Source: an uncultured Lentisphaerales bacterium (GTDB lineage Bacteria; Verrucomicrobiota; Lentisphaeria; JABSQK01; UBA12247). From it: a DNA stretch of 64,000 bases. Both the position numbers and the translations under genes were made by a program. Under the pieces are notes generated by a model. The model searched no databases, had not been told where the DNA came from, and saw nothing but the letters and a program-made list of their open reading frames with translations. The stretch covers positions 156,059 to 220,058 of the forward strand of contig CALSSJ010000022.1 in assembly GCA_943788985.1 (NCBI GenBank). The letters run 5' to 3'. Positions 1 through 10,854 of the stretch are shown here, in pieces (within the stretch, counting starts at the first letter, position 1; each line of letters starts with the position of its first letter).

Positions 1-1
1 T

Positions 2-766
2 ATGAAGGTGTATCGCCGAAATTGGTATACCGCCTTCCTGCCGCCCGCAGCGGAGCCTGTCCTTTTACTGCTGGCATTTGGCCTTGGCCTTGGTGCCCAC
101 GTAGGGGGCATTAGCTTTGGCGGTCGTGAGGTGAAATACGCCAGCTACATCGCGCCCGGAATCATCGCCTACACCATCTTTCTCACAGCGTTCTTCCAGA
201 CGCTGTACGGCGCCTTTATCCGCATGCATTACCAGCGCACGTGGGAAGGCCAGCTTACCACGCAGGTCGAGTTGCCGCATGTCATCTGGGGGGAGATCAT
301 CTGGGCTACAGTTCTGGCCGCGGTGTATGCCTCGATTGTCGCTGTAGTCATTATTCTGTTCAACTTCACGCCACTCATAGACATCTCTGTGTGGGGCCTG
401 ATCGCGTCGCTCCCTTTCTGCTTTCTTTTCGGTGTTGGCTTTGCTGCGGCGGGCCTGGCATTTACAGCCTGGATGCCAAGCATTGATCATATGAACTTGC
501 CGGTGTTTCTGATCGGCATGCCCATGGCATTTACCAGCAACACGTACTTCCCGATTCCACAGGGGAATCCGTGGTTGGATCTCCTGGTCCAATTGAATCC
601 CGTGTTTCACATGTCCGAGCTAACCCGTGGCCTGATGCTGAACGGAGAGCTTGGCTGGAGCCACCTTATCATTGGTCTAAGCGAGGTGCTGATTATCGTG
701 CTGCTCGCAACCCCGCCGACCTGCCGAAAGCTACGCCGACGCGTGCTGGGGGACTCGGGTAGCTGA
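2..766 (+). CDS. ABC-2 type transporter permease (NodJ-like), probably 5'-partial
   Basis: Six hydrophobic segments; VYRRN N-terminal motif, Y..FI.PG, GEIIWA and NP.FH motifs of ABC-2 permeases. Confidence 0.85.
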   Translation: MKVYRRNWYTAFLPPAAEPVLLLLAFGLGLGAHVGGISFGGREVKYASYIAPGIIAYTIFLTAFFQTLYGAFIRMHYQRTWEGQLTTQVELPHVIWGEIIWATVLAAVYASIVAVVIILFNFTPLIDISVWGLIASLPFCFLFGVGFAAAGLAFTAWMPSIDHMNLPVFLIGMPMAFTSNTYFPIPQGNPWLDLLVQLNPVFHMSELTRGLMLNGELGWSHLIIGLSEVLIIVLLATPPTCRKLRRRVLGDSGS

Positions 767-789
767 TTTTTAAGTGCCCGAGGCGGGGG

Positions 790-2355
790 CTAGCGGCTGC
801 CTTTTGCCAGCATTGGAATGGTCTTGAGAATGATCTCAAGATCGAATTTTAGAGAGAGATGGCGAATGTAGTACAGCTCGTGCTCGAGCTTGCGTTTCGC
901 GTCCTCTGTGGATGCTCCGTACCGGTAGCGAATCTGGCCCCAGCCCGTGAGCCCAGGAGGAACCAAGTGGCGCTGGTTGTACATCGGCATTTCCTTTGCC
1001 AGTTCCGTGACAAATTCCGGCCGCTCCGGCCGCGGGCCCACCAAGGACATATCTCCGACAAAAACGTTCCAAAGCTGGGGGATTTCGTCCAACCGGCTGA
1101 CGCGAAGAAACTTACCCAAACGCGTGACGCGGGGATCATTCTGAACCGCCCACTGCGCACCGTTCTTTTCGGCATCATTTCGCATTGTTCGAAACTTTAG
1201 GATGTTGAAACACTTGCCCCAGCGGCCCACGCGCCGTTGCTTGAATATCACGGCCCCTGGGCTATCCAGGCGTATGGCGAGCGCCACCAGTGGCCAGAGT
1301 GGAAGCGTAAGTATGAGGCCAATGACCGCCCCCGTGACGTCCAGAATTCTCTTGGCGGCGAAGATCGATGGGTTTCCCGGAAGCGAACGTGCCGAAGCCA
1401 TCCAATACGGACAGTTGTATTCCAAGGTGATTTCCTTGAAGTAGAACTCGATGAACGCTCCCATATTCAGAATCTCTACGCCATGCAGGGGCAGTTGCTG
1501 CAAACGCACCGCGTTTTGACGATTCAAATTTTGGGCGACGCAGATCACGACCACATCACAAGGCACGTCAAGCTTGCCCGCAAGAAAGTCTTCGATCGAG
1601 CCGACTACTGGCGCGCCGTGCTGAGTACTATCGTACAAGTCACCGTCTTGGTCGAGGTAGCCCTGAAGTTTGAAGACCGGAGAGTAGTTGACACGCTTCA
1701 TGCACTCCTGCCCGGCCTGGCCTGCACCGTAGAGAATTACGTGAATCGGCTGCATCTGAATCAGGGTTTGGAGCAGGTGGCGTGGCCCGAGGATGCCGAC
1801 ATAAGAAATGGTCACGGTGCCAATGATAATGAACCGGCCGTATGGGTTGAGCATCACCAAGCCAGCGATGGTCATGAACAGCACGAATGACACCGCGACT
1901 GCCAGTGCCGACGTCGATACCAATTCATAGTTGCTTGCCCGGCGTTCCGGCATCGGGACGCCGCACATGCGTGAGGAAATCATCAGGATTCCACCATAAA
2001 GGCCGCCGACCAAGAAATAATAATACCACTGCGGCTGATTGAGCAACGTGCCGCTGTCAACACCGAGAATCCGTCCAAGAAAGAAACTAACCTGGCCGCC
2101 CAATTCGCTTTTAGGCTGGAAGTACGGGCTCATCTGGAAAGAAAGGAAGAAAGAGATGAAGCCGATCAAAAAGTCCCAAATCTGCCACCGGGTCCCATGC
2201 CGGGAGTGGAGAAGGGCACGGCGGAATGAGCCGCTCTGTGCCTTCGGGAAGATGGTATCATCTACTGTTTCGATCGTTGATTCGGCCACGAAGCACTCCG
2301 GTACGTGCGCACTCCAGTCTTGGGAACACCCCTTTGCTGTGGCGACTATAGACAC
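790..2355 (-). CDS. Polyprenyl glycosylphosphotransferase (WcaJ/GumD-like sugar transferase)
   Basis: KRILD, FKQRRVG, KFRTM, DPRVT, RLDEIPQLWNV.GDMSLVGPRPE, PGLTGWGQI motifs; N-terminal TM helices and a YGAG CoA-binding-like domain. Confidence 0.93.
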   Translation of the reverse strand: MSIVATAKGCSQDWSAHVPECFVAESTIETVDDTIFPKAQSGSFRRALLHSRHGTRWQIWDFLIGFISFFLSFQMSPYFQPKSELGGQVSFFLGRILGVDSGTLLNQPQWYYYFLVGGLYGGILMISSRMCGVPMPERRASNYELVSTSALAVAVSFVLFMTIAGLVMLNPYGRFIIIGTVTISYVGILGPRHLLQTLIQMQPIHVILYGAGQAGQECMKRVNYSPVFKLQGYLDQDGDLYDSTQHGAPVVGSIEDFLAGKLDVPCDVVVICVAQNLNRQNAVRLQQLPLHGVEILNMGAFIEFYFKEITLEYNCPYWMASARSLPGNPSIFAAKRILDVTGAVIGLILTLPLWPLVALAIRLDSPGAVIFKQRRVGRWGKCFNILKFRTMRNDAEKNGAQWAVQNDPRVTRLGKFLRVSRLDEIPQLWNVFVGDMSLVGPRPERPEFVTELAKEMPMYNQRHLVPPGLTGWGQIRYRYGASTEDAKRKLEHELYYIRHLSLKFDLEIILKTIPMLAKGSR

Positions 2356-2414
2356 ATCCTCTTCGCTTACAAGGAATTTCTTGGCAGCCGGATGCGTAAC
2401 GTGTTGTTAACGAT

Positions 2415-3230
2415 CTAGCTATGAATTTTCCACTGTGCCAAGGAATGCCATTGTCCAATTGACAAATGCTCTGCACGAGAGTCTCTAGGAATTTCAAGCG
2501 CTTTAAACGCTTCTTCTGCATCGGGGAGTGTAGCCCTCAATAGCGGCAGTAGGCGCTTCCGACGTTGGCTAAAGCCGGGTGAGAGTAGCGCCTTCAGGGA
2601 GGCGAGCTCGTGTCGAGACGGAACGTCTACCTTGCGGCGGAGTTGCACGATTGCAGAGTCGACCGCTGGTGGGGGCCAAAAAACAGATGGAGAAACTTTG
2701 CGTAGCAGCTTTACGTCATAGGCGATCTGCGTACGGACACTGAGGGTGCCGTAGCTTTTGTTTCCCGAAGGCGCACACAGACGTTCGGCCATTTCGCGCT
2801 GCAGTAAAAACTGCATTCCCAACAACCGTTCGGAGAACTCCAGAAACCGCGCAATTGCAGGCCCACTTACGGAATACGGAAGGTTGGCGATGCACCAACA
2901 GTCCTTTGGGATCGCCGCGGCTAAATTCACCCGGCAGATATCACCCTCAATCAGTTCAAAGGCGGGGTTGTGCTCGAAGCGTTCCCGCAGAAATTCTGCG
3001 AGGCGGCGATCAAATTCGATTGCCGTCACTCGATGGCCAGCTTCCAGTAATTCGTGCGTCAGAGCACCCGTGCCGGGGCCCACTTCGAGCACTGGCGTAA
3101 CTGCGGAAATCTGCGGCGCTTGGGCGATCCAGCGCGTCAGGTTCGGGTCGATCAGGAAGTTCTGGCCAAGCCTCTTGCTCGGTCGGACATCGATCGCGTT
3201 CAGCAGGGGGATCAGCTCACTTTTGGTCAC
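2415..3230 (-). CDS. rsmA: 16S rRNA m6(2)A1518/1519 dimethyltransferase
   Basis: PSKRLGQNFL, LEVGPGTG, IANLPY, QREMAERL, FWPPPAVDS, QRRK motifs. Confidence 0.95.
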   Translation of the reverse strand: MTKSELIPLLNAIDVRPSKRLGQNFLIDPNLTRWIAQAPQISAVTPVLEVGPGTGALTHELLEAGHRVTAIEFDRRLAEFLRERFEHNPAFELIEGDICRVNLAAAIPKDCWCIANLPYSVSGPAIARFLEFSERLLGMQFLLQREMAERLCAPSGNKSYGTLSVRTQIAYDVKLLRKVSPSVFWPPPAVDSAIVQLRRKVDVPSRHELASLKALLSPGFSQRRKRLLPLLRATLPDAEEAFKALEIPRDSRAEHLSIGQWHSLAQWKIHS

Positions 3231-3247
3231 CGGGTGACTCGCTGCCT

Positions 3248-4237
3248 CTACTGTTCAAAGTAGGTGCGAATAAAGCACTGATTCCGCAACTTTTTGATGA
3301 AGGAGGCATACCGGGTGGTGCGTTCCTGGCTGTATAGCTGCTGCTCGATACTGTCCCGCACCTCCTCGAAACTCCGGTGCACGGCGGCTCTGACATCGGC
3401 CAAATGCACGAACCAGACATCATCGTTCAGCCGCACCGGCCCCGCGACGTGTCCCTTGGTGTATTCACTGATCATATCAGAGATTTCTGAGCTCAGGTCA
3501 CTGACCTTCATCCAGCCCATGTCGCCGTCATTCTCGGCGCTGAAATGCTCAGAATGCTCGCGCACCAGCTTCGAAAAGTCAGTCTCCGTCCGCACTAGGG
3601 AGGCGGTCTGCTGAATTCGGGCATCAAAATCGCCTTCGCTTCCGCCGCCACGTTTAATGATCAATGCTTGTAGCCGAATCTCCGGCGGCGAAGAATAATC
3701 GCTGCGATGCTCCTGGTACCATTGCTCGATTTCAATCGGAGCGACTTGGACCAACGAGTCCACCTCTTGGCTCAGCAACACCTCGACAGCCATGCGCTTC
3801 TCCACGGTCTCACGAAAGTCATCGAGCGACTGTCCTTGGTCCTGAAGAGTGGCGCGAAAGCGCTCCCAGTCCCCGCCGTTACGGTTCACAATTTCATCCA
3901 GTCGCTTCTCTATCACGCGTGGAGGAAGCCGAAACCCCTTGCGCTTAAACTCAGCAAACACGACCATGTGATCGATCATTTCGTTCGCGGCTTTCACTCT
4001 AAGTTTCGTCAGTTCCTCTTGAAACTTCGCCTGAGCGTCGCCGTTGTTCTTCGGGAAGTTAACCGCGAAATACTGCCGCAGCCGCTGCTCCTCCGGCTGG
4101 GTTGCCTTAGCCACATCATAGACGGTAATGATTTCGCTGTTTACCTTGGCCAGGATGCCATCGGTATAGCTGGAAATGTCTGCGTTGACGAGCGAAGCCG
4201 TTAGCCCTGTTAGCATCAGCAATTGGTATACTTTCAT
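3248..4237 (-). CDS. surA: SurA/PpiC-type peptidyl-prolyl isomerase chaperone
   Basis: Signal peptide; [14 protein letters not shown]-terminal motif; parvulin motif [15 protein letters not shown]; lies next to rsmA. Confidence 0.8.
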   Translation of the reverse strand: MKVYQLLMLTGLTASLVNADISSYTDGILAKVNSEIITVYDVAKATQPEEQRLRQYFAVNFPKNNGDAQAKFQEELTKLRVKAANEMIDHMVVFAEFKRKGFRLPPRVIEKRLDEIVNRNGGDWERFRATLQDQGQSLDDFRETVEKRMAVEVLLSQEVDSLVQVAPIEIEQWYQEHRSDYSSPPEIRLQALIIKRGGGSEGDFDARIQQTASLVRTETDFSKLVREHSEHFSAENDGDMGWMKVSDLSSEISDMISEYTKGHVAGPVRLNDDVWFVHLADVRAAVHRSFEEVRDSIEQQLYSQERTTRYASFIKKLRNQCFIRTYFEQ

Positions 4238-5529
4238 GCCACGCTGTCCACTGATTCAGTCAATGTCAAAGATGGTTTTCCACGGCCGTCAATGACTTCT
4301 TTCGTGATCCGGCAGGACTCCACGTTACGCAAAGACGGCAGTTCGAACATGATATCGACCATGACGTTCTCCAAGATCGAGCGAAGCCCGCGCGCGCCTG
4401 TGCCACGTTCCTTGGCCGCCTTGGCCACTGCTCGGAGTGCACCGTCAGTAAATGACAGTGCGACGCCGTCTACCATGAAAAGCTTCTGGTACTGTTTGAC
4501 CAGGCAGTTGCGAGTCTTGCTCAGAACTGTAACTAAGTCACCTTCATCTAGTTGCTCCAAGACGCCGATTACCGGCAGTCTCCCGATGAACTCTGGAATC
4601 AGGCCGTACTTAACTAGATCCTCAGGCTGCCCTTCGCGCAGGATGTTCAGGTCGTCCTCGCCATACTGCTGCACGCGCTTTTGGCCGTCTTGGACGGCAC
4701 TCTGAAACCCCAGGATTCGCTTGCCGAGGCGACGGCGAATGACTTTCTCCATGCCCACGAAAGCTCCGGAACAGATGAACAGAATATTGGAAGTGTCCAC
4801 CTGGAGATATTCCTGATGCGGATGCTTTCTGCCCCCTTTGGGCGGAATATTCGCAACTGTGCCTTCGATAATCTTGAGCAATGCCTGTTGGACTCCCTCG
4901 CCGGAGACGTCACGGGTAATGCTGACATTCTCCGTCTTGCGGGCGATCTTGTCGATCTCGTCCACGTAGATAATGCCGATCTGGGCGCGTTCGATGTCGT
5001 AGTCTGCTGCCTGAACGAGGCGTAGCACGATGTTCTCCACGTCCTCGCCCACGTAGCCAGCTTCCGTAAGAGTGGTCGCATCGGTAATCGCCAGGGGCAC
5101 ATCCAACATACGTGCCAAGACCCGAGCCAGCAACGTCTTGCCGCAGCCTGTCGGGCCGATTAGCATCACGTTGCTTTTCTCGATCTCCACTTCTTCGTTC
5201 CCAGCCACGTCCTCGTCCTTAATCTTCAGGCGCTTGTAGTGGTTGTGAACCGCGACCGCTAGAACACGTTTCACCGCATCCTGACCGACCACATATTCAT
5301 CCAGTTTTTTCTTGATGTCCTGAGGTGTGGGCACCTTGAGCGGGACATGCTCATGCGACTCCGGCGTTAGGAAGCCATCCTCGCCCTCGCCGTCGCCGAG
5401 CATTTCTCCACAGAGCTCTACACAAGTTGCGCAGATGAAGACCCCACTGGGGCTGGAAATCATCTGCGGTGCTTCGGATCTCGAGCGGCCGCAGAAGGAG
5501 CAGAATACGTCTTCGCCTTTCTCTGCCAC
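4234..5529 (-). CDS. clpX: ATP-dependent Clp protease ATP-binding subunit
   Basis: CSFC...C..C zinc finger, [38 protein letters not shown]; start moved to GTG 5529 directly after the clpP stop. Confidence 0.97.
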   Translation of the reverse strand: MAEKGEDVFCSFCGRSRSEAPQMISSPSGVFICATCVELCGEMLGDGEGEDGFLTPESHEHVPLKVPTPQDIKKKLDEYVVGQDAVKRVLAVAVHNHYKRLKIKDEDVAGNEEVEIEKSNVMLIGPTGCGKTLLARVLARMLDVPLAITDATTLTEAGYVGEDVENIVLRLVQAADYDIERAQIGIIYVDEIDKIARKTENVSITRDVSGEGVQQALLKIIEGTVANIPPKGGRKHPHQEYLQVDTSNILFICSGAFVGMEKVIRRRLGKRILGFQSAVQDGQKRVQQYGEDDLNILREGQPEDLVKYGLIPEFIGRLPVIGVLEQLDEGDLVTVLSKTRNCLVKQYQKLFMVDGVALSFTDGALRAVAKAAKERGTGARGLRSILENVMVDIMFELPSLRNVESCRITKEVIDGRGKPSLTLTESVDSVA

Positions 5530-5530
5530 T

Positions 5531-6145
5531 TCAGCTCTTCTCAGCGTCTTTTTTGTCGGCGCGCAGGACTGAATCCACCACGCCATATTCACGGGCTTCT
5601 TCAGCGGACATGAAGTAATCGCGCTTGGTGTCCAGACGCACTTGCTCGGTCTCTTTGCTGGTGTGGTGGCCAATGATCTCATTCAGACGATCACGCAAAC
5701 GCAGCATTTCCTTGGCGCGAATGGAGATATCGGCAGCAGTGCCTTCCCCGCCGCCCTGAGGTTGATGCATCATGATGCGGGCGTTGGGCAGCGCGTAGCG
5801 CTTTCCGGCCGTCCCGGCGCTCAGGAGGATGGCCCCCATGCTTGCTGCCTGCCCGACACAGTAAGTGCGGACATCGCAGCTCAGAATTTGCATCGTATCG
5901 TAGATAGCCAACCCGGCTGTCACCGAGCCACCCGGAGAATTTACCCAGAAGTCGATATCCTTCTTCGGATCCTCCGACTGCAGAAACAGCAATTGGGCAA
6001 TGATTATGTTGGCGACCACATCGTCAATCTGCGTACCCAGCAGCACGATGCGATCCATCAGCAACCGGGAAAAGATATCCATTCCCCGTTCGCCATGAGC
6101 GGTTTGTTCTATGATATTGGGAATCCCAATCGCCCGTTCATTCAT
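5531..6145 (-). CDS. clpP: ATP-dependent Clp protease proteolytic subunit
   Basis: DIFSRLL, NSPGG, AASMG (Ser), HQP (His), RDYF (Asp); start at ATG 6145 overlapping the tig stop. Confidence 0.97.
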   Translation of the reverse strand: MNERAIGIPNIIEQTAHGERGMDIFSRLLMDRIVLLGTQIDDVVANIIIAQLLFLQSEDPKKDIDFWVNSPGGSVTAGLAIYDTMQILSCDVRTYCVGQAASMGAILLSAGTAGKRYALPNARIMMHQPQGGGEGTAADISIRAKEMLRLRDRLNEIIGHHTSKETEQVRLDTKRDYFMSAEEAREYGVVDSVLRADKKDAEKS

Positions 6146-7547
6146 CGCCTGTTTTCTCCTCGGTCTCATCATCGTGGCTGTGACTGCAGTTCGAATGGTC
6201 GTGCTTATCGCAGCTTGACTCATCGTTGTCTGTAGCGTCGTCGGACTCCGAAAACTCCGTGACGTTCGCCAGTTCTAGGATTCGGTTAATGGTGCTTTCC
6301 AGCACTTGATTAAAGCGTACGGTCTCTTCCATTGCCTGCGGGTCCGCATCCTCTTCGCGGCCTGCTTGGAGCATTTGCATGCGCATCTGGGCAACACCGT
6401 GCTGCACGGCATCATCGTCAGCCTTGATCTCCTCGGCCTCGGCGATTGCCTGCAGGACGAGCCGTCCTCTGAGGTTGTTTGCTGCGGTCTCTTCAACCTC
6501 CTCACGAACACTCTCGACAAACTCCTGCATTTCCTCTTCGCTATGCATGTGTTTGTTGCGTGCCAGACGGCGCAAGACAGACTCTTCCTCATTGCGCAGC
6601 ATCGACGGAGGCAAGGGAAAATCCTGATCTTTCGTCAGTTCGCCCATGATCTGGGCCTGCGATAGCTCACGATTCATGCGCTCCGCTTCTTGGCTTGCGG
6701 ACTCCGCAATGCGGTCACGCAGATCTTGGATGCCTTCGAGGCGAACCATTTCCTTCACCCACTCATCAGTCAATTCAGGCAACGTTACCTGGCTCACTTT
6801 GAGCACCTCGACCTCATAGGCGAATGACTTTCCAGCCAGAACGGCTTCGTCCCAACCCTCAGGAAACTCGATTGTCACTTCCGTCGGCTCATCCTTAGAC
6901 ATTCCAATCACGGCGGTCTCTAGGCCGGGAAGGGGGGCGCGGGCGCCTACTTCCATAAACTCTTCATCCGACCCGAACATCTTTTCGAGGCTGGAGCAGG
7001 AATGGTCAGTCTTCGGCTTCTCTTTGATCGCATAGCGAATCGAAAGCAGATCACCTTCGGCTGCGGGGCGCTCTACGTCGTCGTAGGTGGCGTGCTGGCG
7101 CAGGATTTGCTCAATCTGACGGTCAATCTGCTCGTCAACGGCTTGGCCGGGCATCTGCTTAATCTCGACGCCCTTGTACTCTGGCACGTCGAACGTGGGC
7201 ATGGTGTCCACGTGCAAGATGCATGAGTAGGTCTTGCCATCGACTAGGCCCACATCGCCCTCGACAAAGCGCGGTGCGCTCGCAGGCTTGGCCTCAATCC
7301 TTTTGAAAATTTCAGGAAGAGAGTCCTGAATCATGGACTGGATCACATCCTGGTCGATCTGCGCGGCATGACGGCGACGGATCAGTTTGAGCGGGACCTT
7401 TCCTGGGCGAAACCCCGGCACTTGCGCGCCCTTGAGTTGCCTGACTTTGTCATTCACTAAACTTGCGACGTGGCTCGCTTCTGCTTCGAGCTTGACTATA
7501 CGAACGCAGGGCTCGCCTTCGAGCACCTCAATACTGATCTGATCCAA
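6138..7547 (-). CDS. tig: Trigger factor
   Basis: PGFRPGKVP ribosome-binding signature, FKBP-like middle domain, canonical tig-clpP-clpX order. Confidence 0.93.
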   Translation of the reverse strand: MDQISIEVLEGEPCVRIVKLEAEASHVASLVNDKVRQLKGAQVPGFRPGKVPLKLIRRRHAAQIDQDVIQSMIQDSLPEIFKRIEAKPASAPRFVEGDVGLVDGKTYSCILHVDTMPTFDVPEYKGVEIKQMPGQAVDEQIDRQIEQILRQHATYDDVERPAAEGDLLSIRYAIKEKPKTDHSCSSLEKMFGSDEEFMEVGARAPLPGLETAVIGMSKDEPTEVTIEFPEGWDEAVLAGKSFAYEVEVLKVSQVTLPELTDEWVKEMVRLEGIQDLRDRIAESASQEAERMNRELSQAQIMGELTKDQDFPLPPSMLRNEEESVLRRLARNKHMHSEEEMQEFVESVREEVEETAANNLRGRLVLQAIAEAEEIKADDDAVQHGVAQMRMQMLQAGREEDADPQAMEETVRFNQVLESTINRILELANVTEFSESDDATDNDESSCDKHDHSNCSHSHDDETEEKTGDE

Positions 7548-8469
7548 CGCTGCACCTGAGATTTTTGGAGGTCTGGCAGTTTATCTCGCGGCTAGAGTAC
7601 ACGCAAGAGAAACAAGTACTATAGCGCGCATTACCTGCTCCGCCTAGCAGCAACGCAGACCCTTGCGCCCTGACCGACCTAGCTTAGTCTGCTGATACGC
7701 CAGCCAAGCGGCACTATTTCGGGTGAGTATTGTCCCTGCCGACGTCGAATGAACGAGCGAGAAAGGCGGTCCAAAGCGCGGTGTGCCGCTATTTCTCGGG
7801 GTAGTTACTGTCTGGAGACCAATCACCACTACAGGCCGGACTGAGTGCATGGATCAGGTGCAAGCTGCAGGAGCGACAGTGACGCGGCCGACATATGGGC
7901 TTGGCGCACTGGAGAAGAACCCAACAGCCCGCGGAGACACTCCCGCCGTCGCAAAAATGATGAATTTGGAGATGATTTTCGGTCTGGCTCCGGAAAGCCT
8001 ACAACCGTGCGTCTACTGCGTGCGAAGCTTTGGGGCAAGGCGTCCAAAAGGCGCATTTACAGCAGGCGCGAGTTTATCCACGGGCTGCTAGCAGGGCTCG
8101 TGGCACGGAGGAGGGGCAGAAGCGTTATTCGAGGATCTCAGGCATTTGCGCAACGCCGGATGCCCGAAAGGTTGAAGGTCGACTATTTGGCCACCTCAGT
8201 GCCGTTGCCCTTGGTCTTTGAGGTGATCTGGATGCGCGCCAAGTTTCGGCGGCAACCAACCTGCTGTCGTTCGCTAAAGAGCGCCTGGGGAACCTGCGTG
8301 CCAACTAAGATTGCTCGCGCTGTCGCAGCACCGGAAACGACGGCGTTGGTCCAGCGCGATCTCGGGAGGGCGCTGGAATGGGACCTCTAACCCGCATTCG
8401 CGCCCCGCAGTTTCGATCTCCGCATCATCGGCTGCGGCCCGAGCCGTGCCACACCCAGAACCCGCATAC

Positions 8470-10854
8470 TCATCTCGTCAACAACGCCTCGAAAGGCGGC
8501 AGATAAACGCCCTCGAATGGGCGCTCTGACTGCCAGGATTGCTCCGTCTCCAGCCAAGCCTTTCCGGGCTCTAGTTCCCCCGCAAACGGCGTTGGGAATA
8601 GAGTCGGGGCGCGAGCTTTCTGAATCGTAAACAGCAGCAGGTTGCGCAGAAAAAATGACTGCGGCAGCAGCAATAAATTCGCCGGAAACTCGGGTGCGAA
8701 CTCCGCAGATTCGGGCCGCACATCCCAGCCCGCACCGCCGTGCTCGATCACGAGCATGTGATCCTCGCGCAGCCAGCCCAGCCAGCCATCGCCGGCCACC
8801 AGCAACGGCGGCGCATCGGCGAGCATCCAGATTGCGAACACCGCACAGGACTCCGCGGGGCCCGCGCCATTCACCATCTGGTCCGGGGCACGCGTGTCCT
8901 GCTCTGTCACCGTGCACTGAGCGAGAAGCTGATGCAAGTCGTTCGTTGTATCGGTCGAGCGAATGTTTCGCGCGCGGGCCAGCAGCGCCAGCCACCACTC
9001 TGCGTCAATCTCGTGAAACCCACCATGCGCCAGCTCCGTGCTAGGGCGCAAATCGGACAGTAGCCGTCCTAGGGCGGGATCGGCAAAGCGTTCTGGCCTC
9101 GCCTTCTGGTGCAGCGGGGGCCAGTCTCTCATCGCCTGAGCTGCTGCCTTGGCATCACCGGAGTTCAGGGCGACTGCCCACAGTTCCAGAGATTTTTTGC
9201 GATCGGGCCACCAAAACTTCCCGCGGTAAGCATACAACTCACGCAGGCGCTCCGAAACATCGTGAAGCTCGGCCGTTTCCCCGCACGCATGGGCGTTCCA
9301 ATACCGCTCCTGCCAGCCGCTGAGCATCCAAGGGTAGAGCTCCGTCTCGCGTTGGTAGTGCGGCCGTGCCGAGAGTGGGTCACCACTCATCATGAAGGCC
9401 AAGCCCAGATACCGTTGCAGGTGGGCAAAGTCCGGGGCCAACCTCTCGCACTGGAGCAAGAGTGGCATCGCCAGATCGGGGTCACGCTGCTGCATCGCCA
9501 ATGCCCCGCCCTCGTACAGCAGGTTGTGATTTGTGGGGTCTTCGGCGAAAGCAGACCGAAATTCGCGAATCGCTTCATGGGCTTGGCCACTTTTCTGATA
9601 CAGCTTGGCGCGGAGCGTCGCGGTTCCGGTGCTGAGCACGCGGTGGCTCAGTAGGCCAACGCTGGCCAGCAGGCACAGGCCCAGGCACGTAGAGAGCAGT
9701 CTGTAATCTTCCACCCATGCCAAAGCCTGTGGTTTTGCGGAGTTGGCAAACCGTCGCCAGCATAGGCCGATGCAGGTGAAGGCGATCAGGTCGGTCGGCG
9801 CAATTGCCTGAATGCGGTCCAGCTGGCCGTGCACCAGCAGTGCGACACAGGAGACAAAGGCAAGCTTGCGTATTGGATTTGGATCAGCGATGCAAGCGAC
9901 GACCGAAACGCACAGAATTAGCCACAGAACGGCCGCAGGAATCCCGCGCGTAGCGGCAATATTTAGCGTCTCGTTGTGTGGGTGGCGTGTCACATCAGCT
10001 GCGTCGTAGCGCAGCTGATAGTCAGTCTTTAAGGTTTGCTGTGGTGCGTGCAGTTCATAGCGCCCCACGCCTACTCCCAGAAGCGGATGGTCCGCGACCA
10101 TGTGTGCGGCCGTCTGCCACAGGGCCGGGCGCATATCCTGCTTTGCCAGTTTGGGGACGAGTTGCGTGCCAGCCGCGAGCGCGACGATCACGACCATCGT
10201 ACCAGCGCCCCAGCGCGCGCGGAGCGGCAGCTTGCCCAACGCTAGCGCTCCGAGTGCTGCCAGCAGCGCAAGCAAGGCAGCTCGGCTATCTGCCAAGCGC
10301 AACATCATCAGCGAGCCGCAGCTAATCACGCACCAGCCCGACCAGCGCAGCCCGCGGGGAAGCGTCCGCAGCATATAGCCGGCCCAAGGGGCGGTTGCCA
10401 AGACACAGGTCGCAAACCAGTTGCGGTTTCCGCAGGTGCCGATGACGGTTTCCTCCGTGACCACGGCCAGCGTCCCATAGCCGACCTGCAGGCACCAGCA
10501 CAGCGCCAGCGCCGCGGCAATCTTGCCTTCATCTCGATCATCTAAATAGGCAATCCCGAGCGCCAGCAGCGGGAAGCACGCTGCTTCGACAATCGAGAGC
10601 AGGCGCCAGCCGGGCACCGCAAACTGAGCCAGCAGCAGCAGCCCATACGCTGCTAGGCAGCCGATCAGCCACTTCGGGAGTGCCAGCCAGCGCGTCGTGA
10701 TGCCGACCACGGCCAGCCCGCTCAGCACTGCGTAGACTGGAAGCCGGATGTAGTACCCATGCAGGGTGAAGGGAGGCGGATTCAAGGCAAGGGGCCAAGC
10801 TGCCAAGATGCAGGCACCAGTCGTCAGGGCAAAGGCTGCGGACCACCAGCGCAT
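8470..10854 (-). CDS. O-antigen ligase (Wzy_C) family membrane protein with C-terminal TPR domain
   Basis: About 12 TM segments; GNRN, SRAA, R..LW..A..M..DHPLLGVG.G and HPHN motifs, followed by TPR-like helical repeats. Confidence 0.8.
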   Translation of the reverse strand: MRWWSAAFALTTGACILAAWPLALNPPPFTLHGYYIRLPVYAVLSGLAVVGITTRWLALPKWLIGCLAAYGLLLLAQFAVPGWRLLSIVEAACFPLLALGIAYLDDRDEGKIAAALALCWCLQVGYGTLAVVTEETVIGTCGNRNWFATCVLATAPWAGYMLRTLPRGLRWSGWCVISCGSLMMLRLADSRAALLALLAALGALALGKLPLRARWGAGTMVVIVALAAGTQLVPKLAKQDMRPALWQTAAHMVADHPLLGVGVGRYELHAPQQTLKTDYQLRYDAADVTRHPHNETLNIAATRGIPAAVLWLILCVSVVACIADPNPIRKLAFVSCVALLVHGQLDRIQAIAPTDLIAFTCIGLCWRRFANSAKPQALAWVEDYRLLSTCLGLCLLASVGLLSHRVLSTGTATLRAKLYQKSGQAHEAIREFRSAFAEDPTNHNLLYEGGALAMQQRDPDLAMPLLLQCERLAPDFAHLQRYLGLAFMMSGDPLSARPHYQRETELYPWMLSGWQERYWNAHACGETAELHDVSERLRELYAYRGKFWWPDRKKSLELWAVALNSGDAKAAAQAMRDWPPLHQKARPERFADPALGRLLSDLRPSTELAHGGFHEIDAEWWLALLARARNIRSTDTTNDLHQLLAQCTVTEQDTRAPDQMVNGAGPAESCAVFAIWMLADAPPLLVAGDGWLGWLREDHMLVIEHGGAGWDVRPESAEFAPEFPANLLLLPQSFFLRNLLLFTIQKARAPTLFPTPFAGELEPGKAWLETEQSWQSERPFEGVYLPPFEALLTR

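Noticed and set aside
5530..5682. N-terminal extension of ClpX, and similar extensions of ClpP, MreB, Gnd and the phosphatase in the ORF track
   Set aside because: The extensions overlap neighbouring genes or precede the conserved N-terminus; downstream starts fit better.
7548..7800. tRNA upstream of tig, a common arrangement
   Set aside because: No GTTCRA T-loop or cloverleaf recognised on either strand.
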